64,000 nt of DNA, taken from contig CAZOIS010000001.1 in assembly GCA_964579865.1 (NCBI GenBank), forward strand, positions 1,084 through 65,083. The letters are read 5' to 3'. The position numbers were made by a program, and so were the translations under genes. The DNA comes from an uncultured Lentisphaeraceae bacterium (GTDB taxonomy: Bacteria; Verrucomicrobiota; Kiritimatiellia; RFP12; UBA1067). Positions 38,715 to 48,628 of the stretch are shown in pieces. The notes under the pieces were generated by a model. That model ran no database searches. It saw only the letters and a program-made list of their open reading frames with translations, and was not told where the DNA came from. Position 1 is the stretch's first letter. Each line of letters starts with the position of its first letter.

Positions 38715-41700
38715 ATGACAATCCTCATAAGTATGCGCTTGAGGCGGGGACCGGTAACGGGCTCATTTGAAAAAGCCGTGCTCGGCCTGGTGTCGGGAAT
38801 GGCGGCGTTCGCGTTGTTGATGCCGCCGCAGGCCGCGGCCGTGCCGGCGTGCCCGGACGGGAAAGACGTGCGGCAGCCGGACGGGTCGGCCTTCCGGCTG
38901 CAGTTGCGCGGCGACGAATTCTTTTCGTGGACGGAAACCGCGGACGGATTCCCCGTCCTCCATGATGCCTCAGACGGTTTCTGGAAATACGCGCGGCCGG
39001 ATGCCGGGAAGGCCGCATACGTCATCGTCCCCGAGGCCCGCGTCGGCACGTCCGATCCTTTGGGCTTGGGTTTGTCGGGAAGCCGCAGGCTGGAGATGTC
39101 GGCGCTCGGCGCCGCACTGCAGACGCGTCGGCAGTCGCTGAAGGCGGTGCCGGAGGTGTTGCCGGTTCCCGCGGCCGTCCCCGGCGTGCTCCAAACGCCC
39201 GACCCCGTGGAAACGCCGGTGCCGCCGCCGCAGCCGATTCCGGTCTCGGGAACCAAGACGATCCGCAATGTGGTCTTGCTCGCCTGTTTTTCGAATCACT
39301 GGAACACGTCGGGCAGCACCGTGAACGCGTCGTACGGTCGCGTGGCCGTGAGCGAGTATTCGAACCTCTTCAACCAGGTCAGCCATACCTCGGACGGCGC
39401 CGTCGGTTCGGTGCGCGATTATTATTCGGAAGTCTCCTACGGCAAACTCACGGTGCAGTCGGCGGTCTCCGTGTGGGTCAAGCTGCCGCAGGGCGAAAGC
39501 TATTACGGGGCTGATGGGGCGACGCAGGACACCAACTGGAAACAAATGGTCTCCGACGCCATCAACGCGGCCGATGCGGCGGGCTTCGATTTTTCGCAGG
39601 GCGATTCCGACGGCGACGGCTGGGTGGACTGCCTGACCGTGATCCACTCCGGGCACGGCCAGGAGATCACGGGCAATCCGTCGACCTGCATCTGGTCTAA
39701 GCAGGGCGAGATGGTCTCGACGGTGACGAAGGACGGCGTGAACATGCGGCGGTGCCACACGGAACCCGCGCTGCGGGGCGCGACCAGCAGCACCAGCATC
39801 ATCCGCATCGGCGTCATCTGCCATGAAATGGGCCATTTCTTCGGCCTCACCGACCTCTACGACTACAGTGCGACCACCGACGGCGTCGGCGACTGGGGCA
39901 TCATGGCGTACGGTTCGTGGAACGGGTCTCTGGGCAACCGCCCGGCGCATTTCAGCGCGCACTCCAAATACATGCTGGGCTTTGTGAAGCCGACCGTCGC
40001 GCACTCCCTGCCGCGCACGACTCTGGCCCGCGTGGAGAACAACCCTTCTGTCCTGCTCCTCCGCGACGGGATGGCGGACGGCGAATACTTTCTGGTCGAG
40101 AACCGGGCGAACACCGGCTTCGACAACGATACGGCCTCGATCTATCCGGGTGTGCTGATCTACCATGTGGACAGCAAAAGCGCCAACAACGACTTGGGCA
40201 CATGGCCGCATCCGTTGGTCAAGATCGAGGAGGCCGACGGCGACGACACGCTCGGGTTGGTCGAGTCGCCGACCGACATCATGTCCGAGTCCGGCGACGT
40301 CTGGACCAGCACGAGCGGGCTCGCCGGCGGCTTCCGCGACCAGACGGGCAACACCACCGCCAACGCGATGCGCTACCAGTCGGCCACTCTCTACTCCCGC
40401 ACGAACGGCGCTCCCTCCTACTCGTACCTGCGCGTCACCAATTTCTCGGCGGCCGCATCGTCCATGACCTTTGATGTCCAGACACTGCGAACGACCGTGA
40501 CGAACCAGACCGTCTACACCACCGGCCACATGGTCGCGTGGCCGGCCTCCTCGCAGGCCACGCAGTACGAGATCCAAGAGGCGCTGCCGGCGGTCTTGAC
40601 CGGCATCTCCGACGGTGCGGAAGACGAAGAGATGATGTATGACACCTGGCACCTTTCCGGGGGCGCGCGCCGGAGTTCGGCGGGCAGCAAGTCGGGTTCT
40701 TTCAGCTACCTGTTCCAATATTACAGCTGGTCCTCTGGAAACTTCTACTCGCCGGTGCAGTCTCTGACCCTGCAGAAACCGTTCGTGGTGACCTCCGGGA
40801 CGACGCTGTCCTTTTACCTCATGTCGCATCTGGATTCCGCCGCGGGATATCTCAAATGCGAGGTCTCGAACGACAGCGGAAACACGTGGAAGACGCTCGG
40901 CACCCATAACGGATACATCAACTCCTGGACCCAGTACGCGTACGGCTTCAGCGCCTTGAACGCCCAGGGGATCAACATCGGCGACGCCTGCGTCATCCGC
41001 TTCGTGCTGAACGTCGAATTCGGATCGGGCTGGTACAATTTTCCGGAGGTGGGCGTCGCGGTCGACGACATCGCGGTCTCGGGCGTGACGCTCGGCGGCT
41101 ACGGCGCGTGGACCACGCTGGCCAACAACGTCCTGGCGACCTCCTATGCGGTGCCGGCGCGGACCAACGGGGTGTACGCCTACCGCGTCCGGGGCTATGC
41201 GAACGCCGCCTGGCAGGGATACGGATCGGTGGGCGAGACCGCGGTGGTCTTGCCGTGGGTCACGCTGAGCCTGGCCGGCCCGCTGATGGCGGAGGCCGGC
41301 GCGGTCGCGATCGTGACCGCCACGCTGTCGCAGGTCTCGCCGATGCCGGTGGTGGTGAATCTCGTGCTGTCCGGAACCGCGACCGAGACGAACGACTATA
41401 CGGCCTCGGCCGTACCGCATACGATCGTGATCCCGGCCAATACGTTGAGCGGCACGCTCGCCCTCACGGCGGTGCAGGACCTCGTCGATGAAACGAACGA
41501 GACGGTGATCGTGGACATCGGCTCGGTCTTGAACGGCGAGGAGTTCGGCGTGCAGCAGGTGACGGCGACCATCGCGGACGACGACCCTCCGCCCGGCAGC
41601 TTTGAGGAGTGGGTTCAGAACTACTGTCCGGGCATGGATCTGCCGACCGCGCTCACCAACGACTACAATGCGGACGGCGTGCAGAACGGCTTCGATTACG

Positions 41701-41972
41701 CCTTCGGCCCGAACTTGGAGACCAACGCGCCGCTGCTGAACATCTTCTGCCTCACGAACGCGCCCGTCGTGGATATCCCGAAACAGCTGGTTTCGACGGT
41801 TCCCTACGTGGGCATCGCGATCGATCTGACGCGTGTGCTGGACAGTCCCGCGTGGACCACAAACGGCCTGCATGCGATCGACCACCCGAACGAGCCGACC
41901 AACCGCTGCTGGTTTGCGCCCGACAGCGTCGGCACGAGCGGCTTTTTCCGCGTGCGCGGCTTCCTGAGGTAA
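38715..41972 (+). CDS. M6-family (immune inhibitor A-like) metalloprotease with Calx-beta domain and C-terminal GFFRV domain
   Basis: AGGAGGG upstream of ATG 38715. Signal peptide. HEMGHFFGLTDLYD zinc site. Calx-beta-like LSGTATETNDYTASAVPHTIVIPANTLSGTLALTAVQDLVDETNETVIV. Ends GTSGFFRVRGFLR. Confidence 0.85.
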   Translation: MTILISMRLRRGPVTGSFEKAVLGLVSGMAAFALLMPPQAAAVPACPDGKDVRQPDGSAFRLQLRGDEFFSWTETADGFPVLHDASDGFWKYARPDAGKAAYVIVPEARVGTSDPLGLGLSGSRRLEMSALGAALQTRRQSLKAVPEVLPVPAAVPGVLQTPDPVETPVPPPQPIPVSGTKTIRNVVLLACFSNHWNTSGSTVNASYGRVAVSEYSNLFNQVSHTSDGAVGSVRDYYSEVSYGKLTVQSAVSVWVKLPQGESYYGADGATQDTNWKQMVSDAINAADAAGFDFSQGDSDGDGWVDCLTVIHSGHGQEITGNPSTCIWSKQGEMVSTVTKDGVNMRRCHTEPALRGATSSTSIIRIGVICHEMGHFFGLTDLYDYSATTDGVGDWGIMAYGSWNGSLGNRPAHFSAHSKYMLGFVKPTVAHSLPRTTLARVENNPSVLLLRDGMADGEYFLVENRANTGFDNDTASIYPGVLIYHVDSKSANNDLGTWPHPLVKIEEADGDDTLGLVESPTDIMSESGDVWTSTSGLAGGFRDQTGNTTANAMRYQSATLYSRTNGAPSYSYLRVTNFSAAASSMTFDVQTLRTTVTNQTVYTTGHMVAWPASSQATQYEIQEALPAVLTGISDGAEDEEMMYDTWHLSGGARRSSAGSKSGSFSYLFQYYSWSSGNFYSPVQSLTLQKPFVVTSGTTLSFYLMSHLDSAAGYLKCEVSNDSGNTWKTLGTHNGYINSWTQYAYGFSALNAQGINIGDACVIRFVLNVEFGSGWYNFPEVGVAVDDIAVSGVTLGGYGAWTTLANNVLATSYAVPARTNGVYAYRVRGYANAAWQGYGSVGETAVVLPWVTLSLAGPLMAEAGAVAIVTATLSQVSPMPVVVNLVLSGTATETNDYTASAVPHTIVIPANTLSGTLALTAVQDLVDETNETVIVDIGSVLNGEEFGVQQVTATIADDDPPPGSFEEWVQNYCPGMDLPTALTNDYNADGVQNGFDYAFGPNLETNAPLLNIFCLTNAPVVDIPKQLVSTVPYVGIAIDLTRVLDSPAWTTNGLHAIDHPNEPTNRCWFAPDSVGTSGFFRVRGFLR

Positions 41973-41979
41973 GTCCGGT

Positions 41980-43032
41980 TCAGCGGGTGCGGAAGAGGAA
42001 TCCGCGGAAAGTGCGGCGCGCGGGGACGGGGTGCGTTTTGGCGGGCACGCCGTCCACAAGACGCGTGCCGTCATCGCAGAGAACCAGCAGGGCGGGCGCG
42101 CCGTCGGATCGGACCGTGACCATTCCTTCAGGGGTCGCATCGGGCGGCATCTTCGAGATCGTTTCGTCGGGTTGCGGCCCGGCGGGCCTGTCCCAGCGGT
42201 AGAGACGGGGGGTGCCGCCGCTGAGCGGCGAGCCGGACATGATGAGGTACCGATGGCCGTCGGTGCGGATCATGGACCGGACGCCGTTCCCTCCGAGGTC
42301 GAGCAGGAGCGGGTCTCCGAAGCGCGGCGGCTGCCCCGTCACGTAGCCGGACGGATTGGCGAGCGGCGCGAGCAGGGCCTTGCCGTCCGGCGTGGGCGAG
42401 CGGAAGCCGATCAGCAGGCCGCCCTCGGGCGTGTCGCAGAGCGCCTCGACGTTGAGACTGCCGGGCGTCTTGGGCGGTCGCAGGGCGGCCTCCGACAGGC
42501 CAAACGACGCGTAGCGCGGGTCGCGGTCGAGATCCGATAAGAGCGTGGCGATGGGGCTTCCGACGCGTTGGAACGAGGGGACGCCATTCGTGACGGCGAC
42601 GCGCGTCGCGAAAAAGCGTTTGCGGTTGGGGCGCGGCTTGCCCGCTTTGTTCGGCGCGTGCGAGGTGATCCAATAGAGCGTGTCGCCGATCCGCGCCGAG
42701 CCCTCGATGTCCATTTCGGGCGATTTCTGCTGGAGCGCCATGTGCGGCCCCGCGTCCCACGCGGCGACCGGCGCTCCGCCTTCCGGAAACCGGTAGGCGC
42801 GCAACAGGTTGTCCTCGTCGTTCGCGACGACGAACAGGCCGTCGCCCAGCCATTCGCCGGCCGAGGCGTCGGCCATGTGGGTGAACGTGACGTCGCGGAC
42901 GGCGGACGGCGGCGGCGCCGCCGGAAGCCACCGCGCGGCCATGAACAAGACGCAGGCCCCGCCGAGCAGGACGGGCGTGCGGCTGATCTTGAGACGGAAG
43001 CGGGCGTTGCCGCGTGTGAAGTCGAAAGCCAT
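41980..43032 (-). CDS. hypothetical membrane-anchored/secreted protein, beta-propeller-like (DUF3616-like, tentative)
   Basis: 351-aa version from ATG 43032 with hydrophobic N-terminus TPVLLGGACVLFMAARWL. Motifs DIEGSARIGDTLYWITSH and LNVEALC recall DUF3616-type proteins (memory only). Confidence 0.6.
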   Translation of the reverse strand: MAFDFTRGNARFRLKISRTPVLLGGACVLFMAARWLPAAPPPSAVRDVTFTHMADASAGEWLGDGLFVVANDEDNLLRAYRFPEGGAPVAAWDAGPHMALQQKSPEMDIEGSARIGDTLYWITSHAPNKAGKPRPNRKRFFATRVAVTNGVPSFQRVGSPIATLLSDLDRDPRYASFGLSEAALRPPKTPGSLNVEALCDTPEGGLLIGFRSPTPDGKALLAPLANPSGYVTGQPPRFGDPLLLDLGGNGVRSMIRTDGHRYLIMSGSPLSGGTPRLYRWDRPAGPQPDETISKMPPDATPEGMVTVRSDGAPALLVLCDDGTRLVDGVPAKTHPVPARRTFRGFLFRTR

Positions 43033-43169
43033 GCGCTTACGATACCAGATTTGACATCCTCGCGCCATGCGTGCGCAGAAAACGGTTGCAGGTTCGAACG
43101 GCGCTCCTGTAGGCTATCAACTTCTGACATTTCTGTCACAAGGCGCGTTTTTCTTCTGGATTCAACCCA

Positions 43170-44444
43170 ATGTACAGTTTTTATCCGCAAACGGTGATCC
43201 TTTCTTGGGGCGCGATTCTGTGTATCTGCACCTCTTTCCTGGGGTGGCAACGCCGCGATAAACCGGGGGGAAGGGCCTTCATCGGGCTGATGTCCGCCTG
43301 TGCGGTCTGGACGACGGCGGCGGCGGTTGAATCCGCGGTCGTCGGCGTGGCGGCCAAGATTTTCTGGTCCAAGATGGAATATGTCGGGTTGGTGTTCATC
43401 GGAAGCTTCCTGTTTTTCTTCGCGCTTTCCTATACGCATCAGACACGCCTGATCCGGCGCGGCATGTATGCGTTTTTGCTCCTGATGCCGGTCGTGGCGC
43501 TTTTGCTGGTCTGGACCAACGAATGGCACCACGCGCAGTGGACCGGTTTTTCGCCGGGGCCGCAGGGCATGAACGTGCTGGTCTATCACCGGGGCCCCGT
43601 GTTCTGGTTCATTAGCGCGTACACGTATACGTTGACCCTGTTCGGTTACGGCGTCTTTGCGAACGCCTGCCGTTCCGCAGACCGGTCGATCCGGCGGCAG
43701 TATGTGGTCTTCATGCTGAGCGGCGTCTTTCCGCTGGCGAGCGGGGTGGTGTACCTGGCGGGGCAGGAGTGGGTCGGCGGCATGGACGTCTCGGCCATGG
43801 GCTTCAGTTTCGCGGGGCTGATGATCGCCTGGGATTTTTCCCGCTTCCAGCTGCTGGATCTCGTGCCGATCGGCCGGGAAGTGCTGGTCGAGCGGATGCC
43901 GGACGGGATGATCGTTTTCGATGAAAGCGGGCGGCAGGTGGACATCAATCCAGCGGCCCGGCACATGTTAGATTTGGAGGAGAGCCCCGTCACGCTCCAG
44001 AACCTCCAGGCGCGTTTTCCCGCGTTGGCCGGGGATGCCGGCGACGGAGGCGGAGTCCAAACGGAAGCCACGCTTCAGACCTCGAGCGGCCAGCTCGACG
44101 TGAGCATCCGCAGGGTGCCGCTGTATGGCTTGCACGGCAAGTTGCGGGGCAACCTCTGCGTGCTGGGCGATCTCTCGGCGCGGGTCGCGGCCGAGCGCGA
44201 ACGCGAACGGGTGATCGCCGAGCTCAGTCAGGCGCTGTCGCAGATCAAGACGCTGCAGGACCTTCTGCCCATCTGCTGCGCCTGCAAGAAGGTCCGGAAC
44301 GATCATGGATATTGGCAGCAGATCGAATCGTACATCCGCGAGCACGCCGGCGTGGAGTTCAGCCACAGCCTCTGCCCCGACTGCGCCAAGAAGCTGTATG
44401 GCTCGTCCGATGTCGGCGACGCGAAACCCGGCTTTTTCGTCTAG
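43170..44444 (+). CDS. 7TM sensor (histidine-kinase N-terminal 7TM type) - PAS - C-terminal Cys4 motif protein
   Basis: Seven hydrophobic helices in aa 1-225, then a PAS-like module (MPDGMIVFDESGRQVDINPAARHML), a coiled coil, and LLPICCACKKVRNDHGYWQQIESYIREHAGVEFSHSLCPDCAKKLYG. Confidence 0.85.
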   Translation: MYSFYPQTVILSWGAILCICTSFLGWQRRDKPGGRAFIGLMSACAVWTTAAAVESAVVGVAAKIFWSKMEYVGLVFIGSFLFFFALSYTHQTRLIRRGMYAFLLLMPVVALLLVWTNEWHHAQWTGFSPGPQGMNVLVYHRGPVFWFISAYTYTLTLFGYGVFANACRSADRSIRRQYVVFMLSGVFPLASGVVYLAGQEWVGGMDVSAMGFSFAGLMIAWDFSRFQLLDLVPIGREVLVERMPDGMIVFDESGRQVDINPAARHMLDLEESPVTLQNLQARFPALAGDAGDGGGVQTEATLQTSSGQLDVSIRRVPLYGLHGKLRGNLCVLGDLSARVAAERERERVIAELSQALSQIKTLQDLLPICCACKKVRNDHGYWQQIESYIREHAGVEFSHSLCPDCAKKLYGSSDVGDAKPGFFV

Positions 44445-44586
44445 GTTCCGGCGCGCTTGGTTTCTCCGTTCCCGGTGCCGCGCGGCGTCTTGGCGTCAGT
44501 TTGTCTTGTTTAGCCCTGAAAAGGCAGGTATTCTTTCATCATCAAAGGGAGCGGTATTCTTGCATCCGCAGACAGGGGGCTTTCTC

Positions 44587-46164
44587 ATGCCGAGCGGCGA
44601 TGACACAGAGCTGGAGCACTCGCAGCGCGAACCGGAAAGCGCGCACGAGGCGCAATTGCGAATGAAAGACGAGTTTCTTTCGCGCGTCTCGCATGAGTTG
44701 CGTTCGCCGCTCAATGCCGTTTACCAGTACGTCACCATCTTGCTCGACGGCCTCGCGGGCGAGATCAACGAGGAGCAGCGCGAATATCTCGGCATCGCCC
44801 TCAGAAATGTGAAACAGCTTCAGGCCATGATCGGCGATCTGCTGGATGTGACCCGCTCCGAGTCAGGCAAGATGGTCATGGCCCCCCAGGAAATGAGCCT
44901 TGCCGAAAGCATCGCGACCGCGCTGGATACGGAGCGGCCCGAGGCGCACGCGAAAGGCCTGACGCTGTCGAGCCAGGTGGAGGAGGGCCTTCCCGCCGCC
45001 TATGCCGACCCCCAGCGCGTCCAGCAGATCATCGTCAATCTGATCAACAATGCCATCAAGTTCTCTCCGGCGGGGTCAACGATCCGCGTGAGCGCGAGGC
45101 GTTCTGCGCAGCTGCCTCAAGGCGCGGGGCCGTTGTCGACGACGGGCGGGGCGGAGGGCCTGGGCACCTCTTGGCTCGAAATCGCGGTCGACGATTCCGG
45201 CTGCGGCATTGCTGCCGAGGATTGCGAGCGCGTCTTCCAGCGTCTCTACCAGGTGGGCCGGCACATCGACCAGAAACGCATGGGCCTCGGGTTGGGGCTG
45301 TACATTTGCCGCGATCTCGTTTCGCGCCTGGGCGGCCGGATTTGGGTCGAGAGCCGCGTCGGCGAGGGGAGCACGTTCCGTTTCACGGTGCCGGCGTATA
45401 TTCCTGAGCAGGCGGTGTTGTCCTTCCTCCGCGCGCGCCTGACGCAGGCGAAGGAGGACGGCGAGGTTTTCTCGGCCGTCGTGGTGGATGCGGATGCCGC
45501 CTTCGATGCGGTCCGGCCGGTGTGGGAAGCGTTGCTGCCCGCGGCCCGGGAGAAGGGGTTTACGGCGGCAGCCTATGCGGGATCGCGTTTCGTCGTGTTG
45601 GCCGACGCGGGCGAGTCGCTGGCCACGTGCGTAAGGGATCACCTGCGGCGTTTGGCCAAGGATGCGTGTTTCCGGGTGGCGCCGGATCTGTGCCGCACGT
45701 TGTCCTATGGCATATCCGTGGCCCGTCCGGACGCGGACACGGCGGACGACGTGTTGGCCCGCGCGGCGGCCGCTGCCGTGTCCGAGCGATCCCTGTTGGC
45801 GCAGAAGCGGTTGATGGTCGTCGATGACGACGAACAGTGCCTGAGACTGTTCCGCAGATTCTTGACGGCGCTGGGCGTCGCCAGCGTCCGGACGGCCGAA
45901 AACGGGGCTCAGCTGTTCGCCGCGCTCCGGGAAGAGCAGCCGGATCTGATCGTCCTCGACATCCAGATGCCGGGAATGAACGGGCATGAGATCATCGGCC
46001 GGCTCAAAGAGTCCGCGGCAACCGCGGTGATCCCGATCGTGGTCGTGACGGGGCTGGTCGGCGAGCACGACGGGATTGAGGGAGAGACCCCCGGAACGGC
46101 CATTCCCGTGCTCAGCAAAATGAATATGGCAGAGGTGCAGCGTTGGGTGCAGCATTTGCTTTGA
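44587..46164 (+). CDS. cytoplasmic hybrid histidine kinase: HisKA, HATPase_c, degenerate GGDEF-like domain, REC
   Basis: Track ORF trimmed to ATG 44587. H-box SHELRSPLNAV, N-box VNLINNAIKFS, G-boxes DDSGCGI / GLGLGLYI. Middle FSAVVVDADAAFDAV...AGSRFVVL...SYGISVA resembles GGDEF with the signature lost. REC LMVVDDD...LIVLDIQMPGMNG. Confidence 0.85.
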   Translation: MPSGDDTELEHSQREPESAHEAQLRMKDEFLSRVSHELRSPLNAVYQYVTILLDGLAGEINEEQREYLGIALRNVKQLQAMIGDLLDVTRSESGKMVMAPQEMSLAESIATALDTERPEAHAKGLTLSSQVEEGLPAAYADPQRVQQIIVNLINNAIKFSPAGSTIRVSARRSAQLPQGAGPLSTTGGAEGLGTSWLEIAVDDSGCGIAAEDCERVFQRLYQVGRHIDQKRMGLGLGLYICRDLVSRLGGRIWVESRVGEGSTFRFTVPAYIPEQAVLSFLRARLTQAKEDGEVFSAVVVDADAAFDAVRPVWEALLPAAREKGFTAAAYAGSRFVVLADAGESLATCVRDHLRRLAKDACFRVAPDLCRTLSYGISVARPDADTADDVLARAAAAAVSERSLLAQKRLMVVDDDEQCLRLFRRFLTALGVASVRTAENGAQLFAALREEQPDLIVLDIQMPGMNGHEIIGRLKESAATAVIPIVVVTGLVGEHDGIEGETPGTAIPVLSKMNMAEVQRWVQHLL

Positions 46165-46181
46165 AAAAGAAGGGATGAGGA

Positions 46182-46994
46182 ATGAGCGCTGAAACGATCA
46201 TGATTGTGGAGGATGACCGGGATCAGATGTTGGGCCTGGCCGTGCGGCTGAGGGCGAACGGGTACCAAGTCGTTTGCGCCGCAGACGGCACGACCGCGTT
46301 CACGCAGGCGTCCAAGACGGTTCCGGATCTGATCATCCTCGACATCGGCCTTCCCGCCGGCGACGGCTTCAAGGTTCTCGAATGGCTGGGGGGCATGGCC
46401 ACCACCGTGACGATTCCCGTGATTGTGCTTTCCGGCCGCGACCCGTGCCTGGCGCGCGACCGGGTTTTGCGCATGGGCGCCAAAGCGTTCTTCCAGAAGC
46501 CCGCCGACAATGAGGCCCTGCTGTCGGTCATCCGTGAGATTTTGAGCACGGGCACCACGCTGAAGAAGGAGGTCGCGCCGGTCGAGGCCCCGCCGTCGGT
46601 CACGGTCCAAAAGCCCGTTTGGGCGACCTCCATGGCCGAACGGATCGCGCGTTGGCGCGAAGATCTGCGCGCGACGCCCGGCGATGTAGACCTGATGAGC
46701 GATATCGCGCGGGTCCTCGCCACCACGACGGAGCCCCAATTGCGGAATGTCGAGGAGGCGCTGCAGCTGGCGAAAAAAGCGTATTTCCTCATGAAGTCGC
46801 CGAATCCCGCGATCTTGGATACGTTGGTGCTCGTGTATGCCGAGGCGGGACAATATACTCAGGCGCTGGAAACGGCCCGTAGCGCGTTGGCGTTGGCGGA
46901 AAAAACGGGGCAAACCTCCCTGGTGCTGGATTTGCGGGAGCGCATCAGGAAGTACGAAAGCAAGGTCGTGCAAACGGAACCGCCGAAGGGCTGA
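46182..46994 (+). CDS. response regulator REC domain fused to a C-terminal TPR-like module
   Basis: REC (IMIVEDD...LIILDIGLPAGDG...KP). C-terminal ARVLATTTEPQLRNVEEALQLAKKAYFL...LDTLVLVYAEAGQYTQALETARSALALAEKTG. Starts 17 nt after the kinase gene. Confidence 0.85.
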   Translation: MSAETIMIVEDDRDQMLGLAVRLRANGYQVVCAADGTTAFTQASKTVPDLIILDIGLPAGDGFKVLEWLGGMATTVTIPVIVLSGRDPCLARDRVLRMGAKAFFQKPADNEALLSVIREILSTGTTLKKEVAPVEAPPSVTVQKPVWATSMAERIARWREDLRATPGDVDLMSDIARVLATTTEPQLRNVEEALQLAKKAYFLMKSPNPAILDTLVLVYAEAGQYTQALETARSALALAEKTGQTSLVLDLRERIRKYESKVVQTEPPKG

Positions 46995-47075
46995 GCCCTG
47001 ATTCCGGCGCTTTGGCGTTGCGCCGCCTCACTTCAACCGCGTCCATTCACGCGCCGCGGACGGGCCGGAGCGTGG

Positions 47076-47546
47076 CTATTCGCCCGCCTGCAGCGCCAGG
47101 AAGTTCTGGATGCCCATCTGGCCGATCTGGTCCAGCTTCTCTTCGAGCTCGTCGACGTGGCCGTCCTCGTCTTTGAGGATCGACTCCAGAAGTTCTTTCG
47201 TGACGTTGTCGCTGGCATCGGTGGCGACCTTCACCGCGGCGTTGTACTTCTTGACCGCGTCCATCTCCGATGCGAGGTCGTTCGCGAGCTGCTTGGGAAT
47301 GTCGGCGCCGATGCGGATTTTGTTGAGGTTGCTGACGATCGGCGTGCCTTCCAGAAACAGGATGCGTTCGATCAGTTTCTCCGCATGTTTCATTTCGGTG
47401 ATGGCCCGCCCTTTCACCAGCTTCTGGAGCTTGCCGTACCCCCAGTTCTCATCCATTTCGCCATGGACCACGTATTGGTTGATGGCCGTCAGCTCGTCCG
47501 CCAACAGGTCGTTCAACACGGTGAGCACTTTGATGTTTCCTTTCAT
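47076..47546 (-). CDS. bfr: bacterioferritin
   Basis: 156 aa. MKGNIKVLTVLNDLLADELTAINQYVVHGEM...ITEMKHAEKLIERILFLEG...DEDGHVDELE carries the di-iron ligands and the Met52 haem ligand pattern. AGGAG upstream. Confidence 0.9.
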   Translation of the reverse strand: MKGNIKVLTVLNDLLADELTAINQYVVHGEMDENWGYGKLQKLVKGRAITEMKHAEKLIERILFLEGTPIVSNLNKIRIGADIPKQLANDLASEMDAVKKYNAAVKVATDASDNVTKELLESILKDEDGHVDELEEKLDQIGQMGIQNFLALQAGE

Positions 47547-47749
47547 CTCTCCGCTCCTCTTTTGTCTTGATTGTTACGTGACAGAAAAAGAATCGCTTTA
47601 CGGAGCCCCGGCGCCCGGCAAAACGGCACACTGAAAAGGATGGCTTGATTGAAGCACTTCGGCAGAAACATGTCGATGCAAAAGAAAAAAGATCGGCGTT
47701 CGCCGCCGACGGGCCGCGTCCCGAGTCCCAAGAAAAACGTGGCGGCGCT

Positions 47750-48628
47750 CTAGTCGGTCCGCGCGCGTCGCGTCAGGTCGCCGAAGGCGTCGATGCGCCG
47801 GTCTCGGAAAAAGGGCCACATGCGGCGCACCGTTTCGGAGCGGCCGAGGTCGAGGTCGACGACCCGCGACTCCTCTTTGTCCGCCGAGGCTTGCGCCAAG
47901 AACTCGCCCTGCGGCCCGGCGGCAAAACTGCTGCCCCAGAAGCGGATGCCGTGGGTCACGCCCGACGGATCGCTCTCGGAGCCCGTGCGGTTGACGCTGA
48001 CGACGGGGATGCCGTTGGCGATCGCGTGCGCGCGCTGCGCGATGATCCACGCCTCGCGCTGGCGGGCTTTTTCGGCCTCGCAGTCCGTGTTTTCCCAGCC
48101 GATGGCCGTCGGGTAGATCAACAGGTCCGCTCCGGCGAGCGCCATGAGGCGCGCGGCTTCCGGATACCACTGGTCCCAGCAGACGAGCACGCCCAGTTTC
48201 CCGACGGAGGTCTGAATAGGGGTGAAGCCGAGATCTCCCGGCGTGAAGTAGAACTTCTCGTAGTAGGCCGGATCGTCCGGAATGTGCATCTTGCGGTACT
48301 TGCCGGCGATGCGGCCGTCTTTTTCGATGACGACGGCGGTGTTGTGGTAGAGCCCCGGCATGCGGCGCTCGAAGAGGGAGAGCACGAGCACGATGCCCAG
48401 CTCTTTGGCTAAGGCGCCAAACTCGTCGGTGCTGGGACCGGGAATCGGTTCGGCCAGATCGAAGTTCGCCGGATCTTCCGTCTGGCAGAAGTAAAGGCCG
48501 TTGTGCAGTTCCTGCAATACGACCAACTGCGCGCCCTGCGCCGCGCAGGACCGGATGCCGGCTTTCAGCTTGTCGATGTTGGCGCGGCGGTCGGCCGTGT
48601 TCGCCTGTTGGACCATTCCGATTTTCAT
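47750..48628 (-). CDS. aguB: N-carbamoylputrescine amidase (nitrilase superfamily)
   Basis: Track ORF trimmed to ATG 48628 (ATGA overlap with the aguA stop). CN-hydrolase motifs LVVLQEL, KMHIPDDP.YYEK.YF.PG, LVCWDQWYPE (catalytic Cys). Confidence 0.85.
   Translation of the reverse strand: MKIGMVQQANTADRRANIDKLKAGIRSCAAQGAQLVVLQELHNGLYFCQTEDPANFDLAEPIPGPSTDEFGALAKELGIVLVLSLFERRMPGLYHNTAVVIEKDGRIAGKYRKMHIPDDPAYYEKFYFTPGDLGFTPIQTSVGKLGVLVCWDQWYPEAARLMALAGADLLIYPTAIGWENTDCEAEKARQREAWIIAQRAHAIANGIPVVSVNRTGSESDPSGVTHGIRFWGSSFAAGPQGEFLAQASADKEESRVVDLDLGRSETVRRMWPFFRDRRIDAFGDLTRRARTD

Noticed and set aside
38970-42140. 1,056-aa minus-strand ORF opposite the M6 metalloprotease gene
   Set aside because: Same GC-bias artefact. 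The composition is dominated by R/G/A/D/V and no domain is recognisable, while the plus-strand frame carries HEMGH, Calx-beta and a signal peptide.
47560-47580. Imperfect palindrome TGTTACGTGACA upstream of bfr as a Fur box
   Set aside because: It does not resemble the GATAATGATAATCATTATC consensus. There is only a 12-bp imperfect dyad and no supporting evidence.
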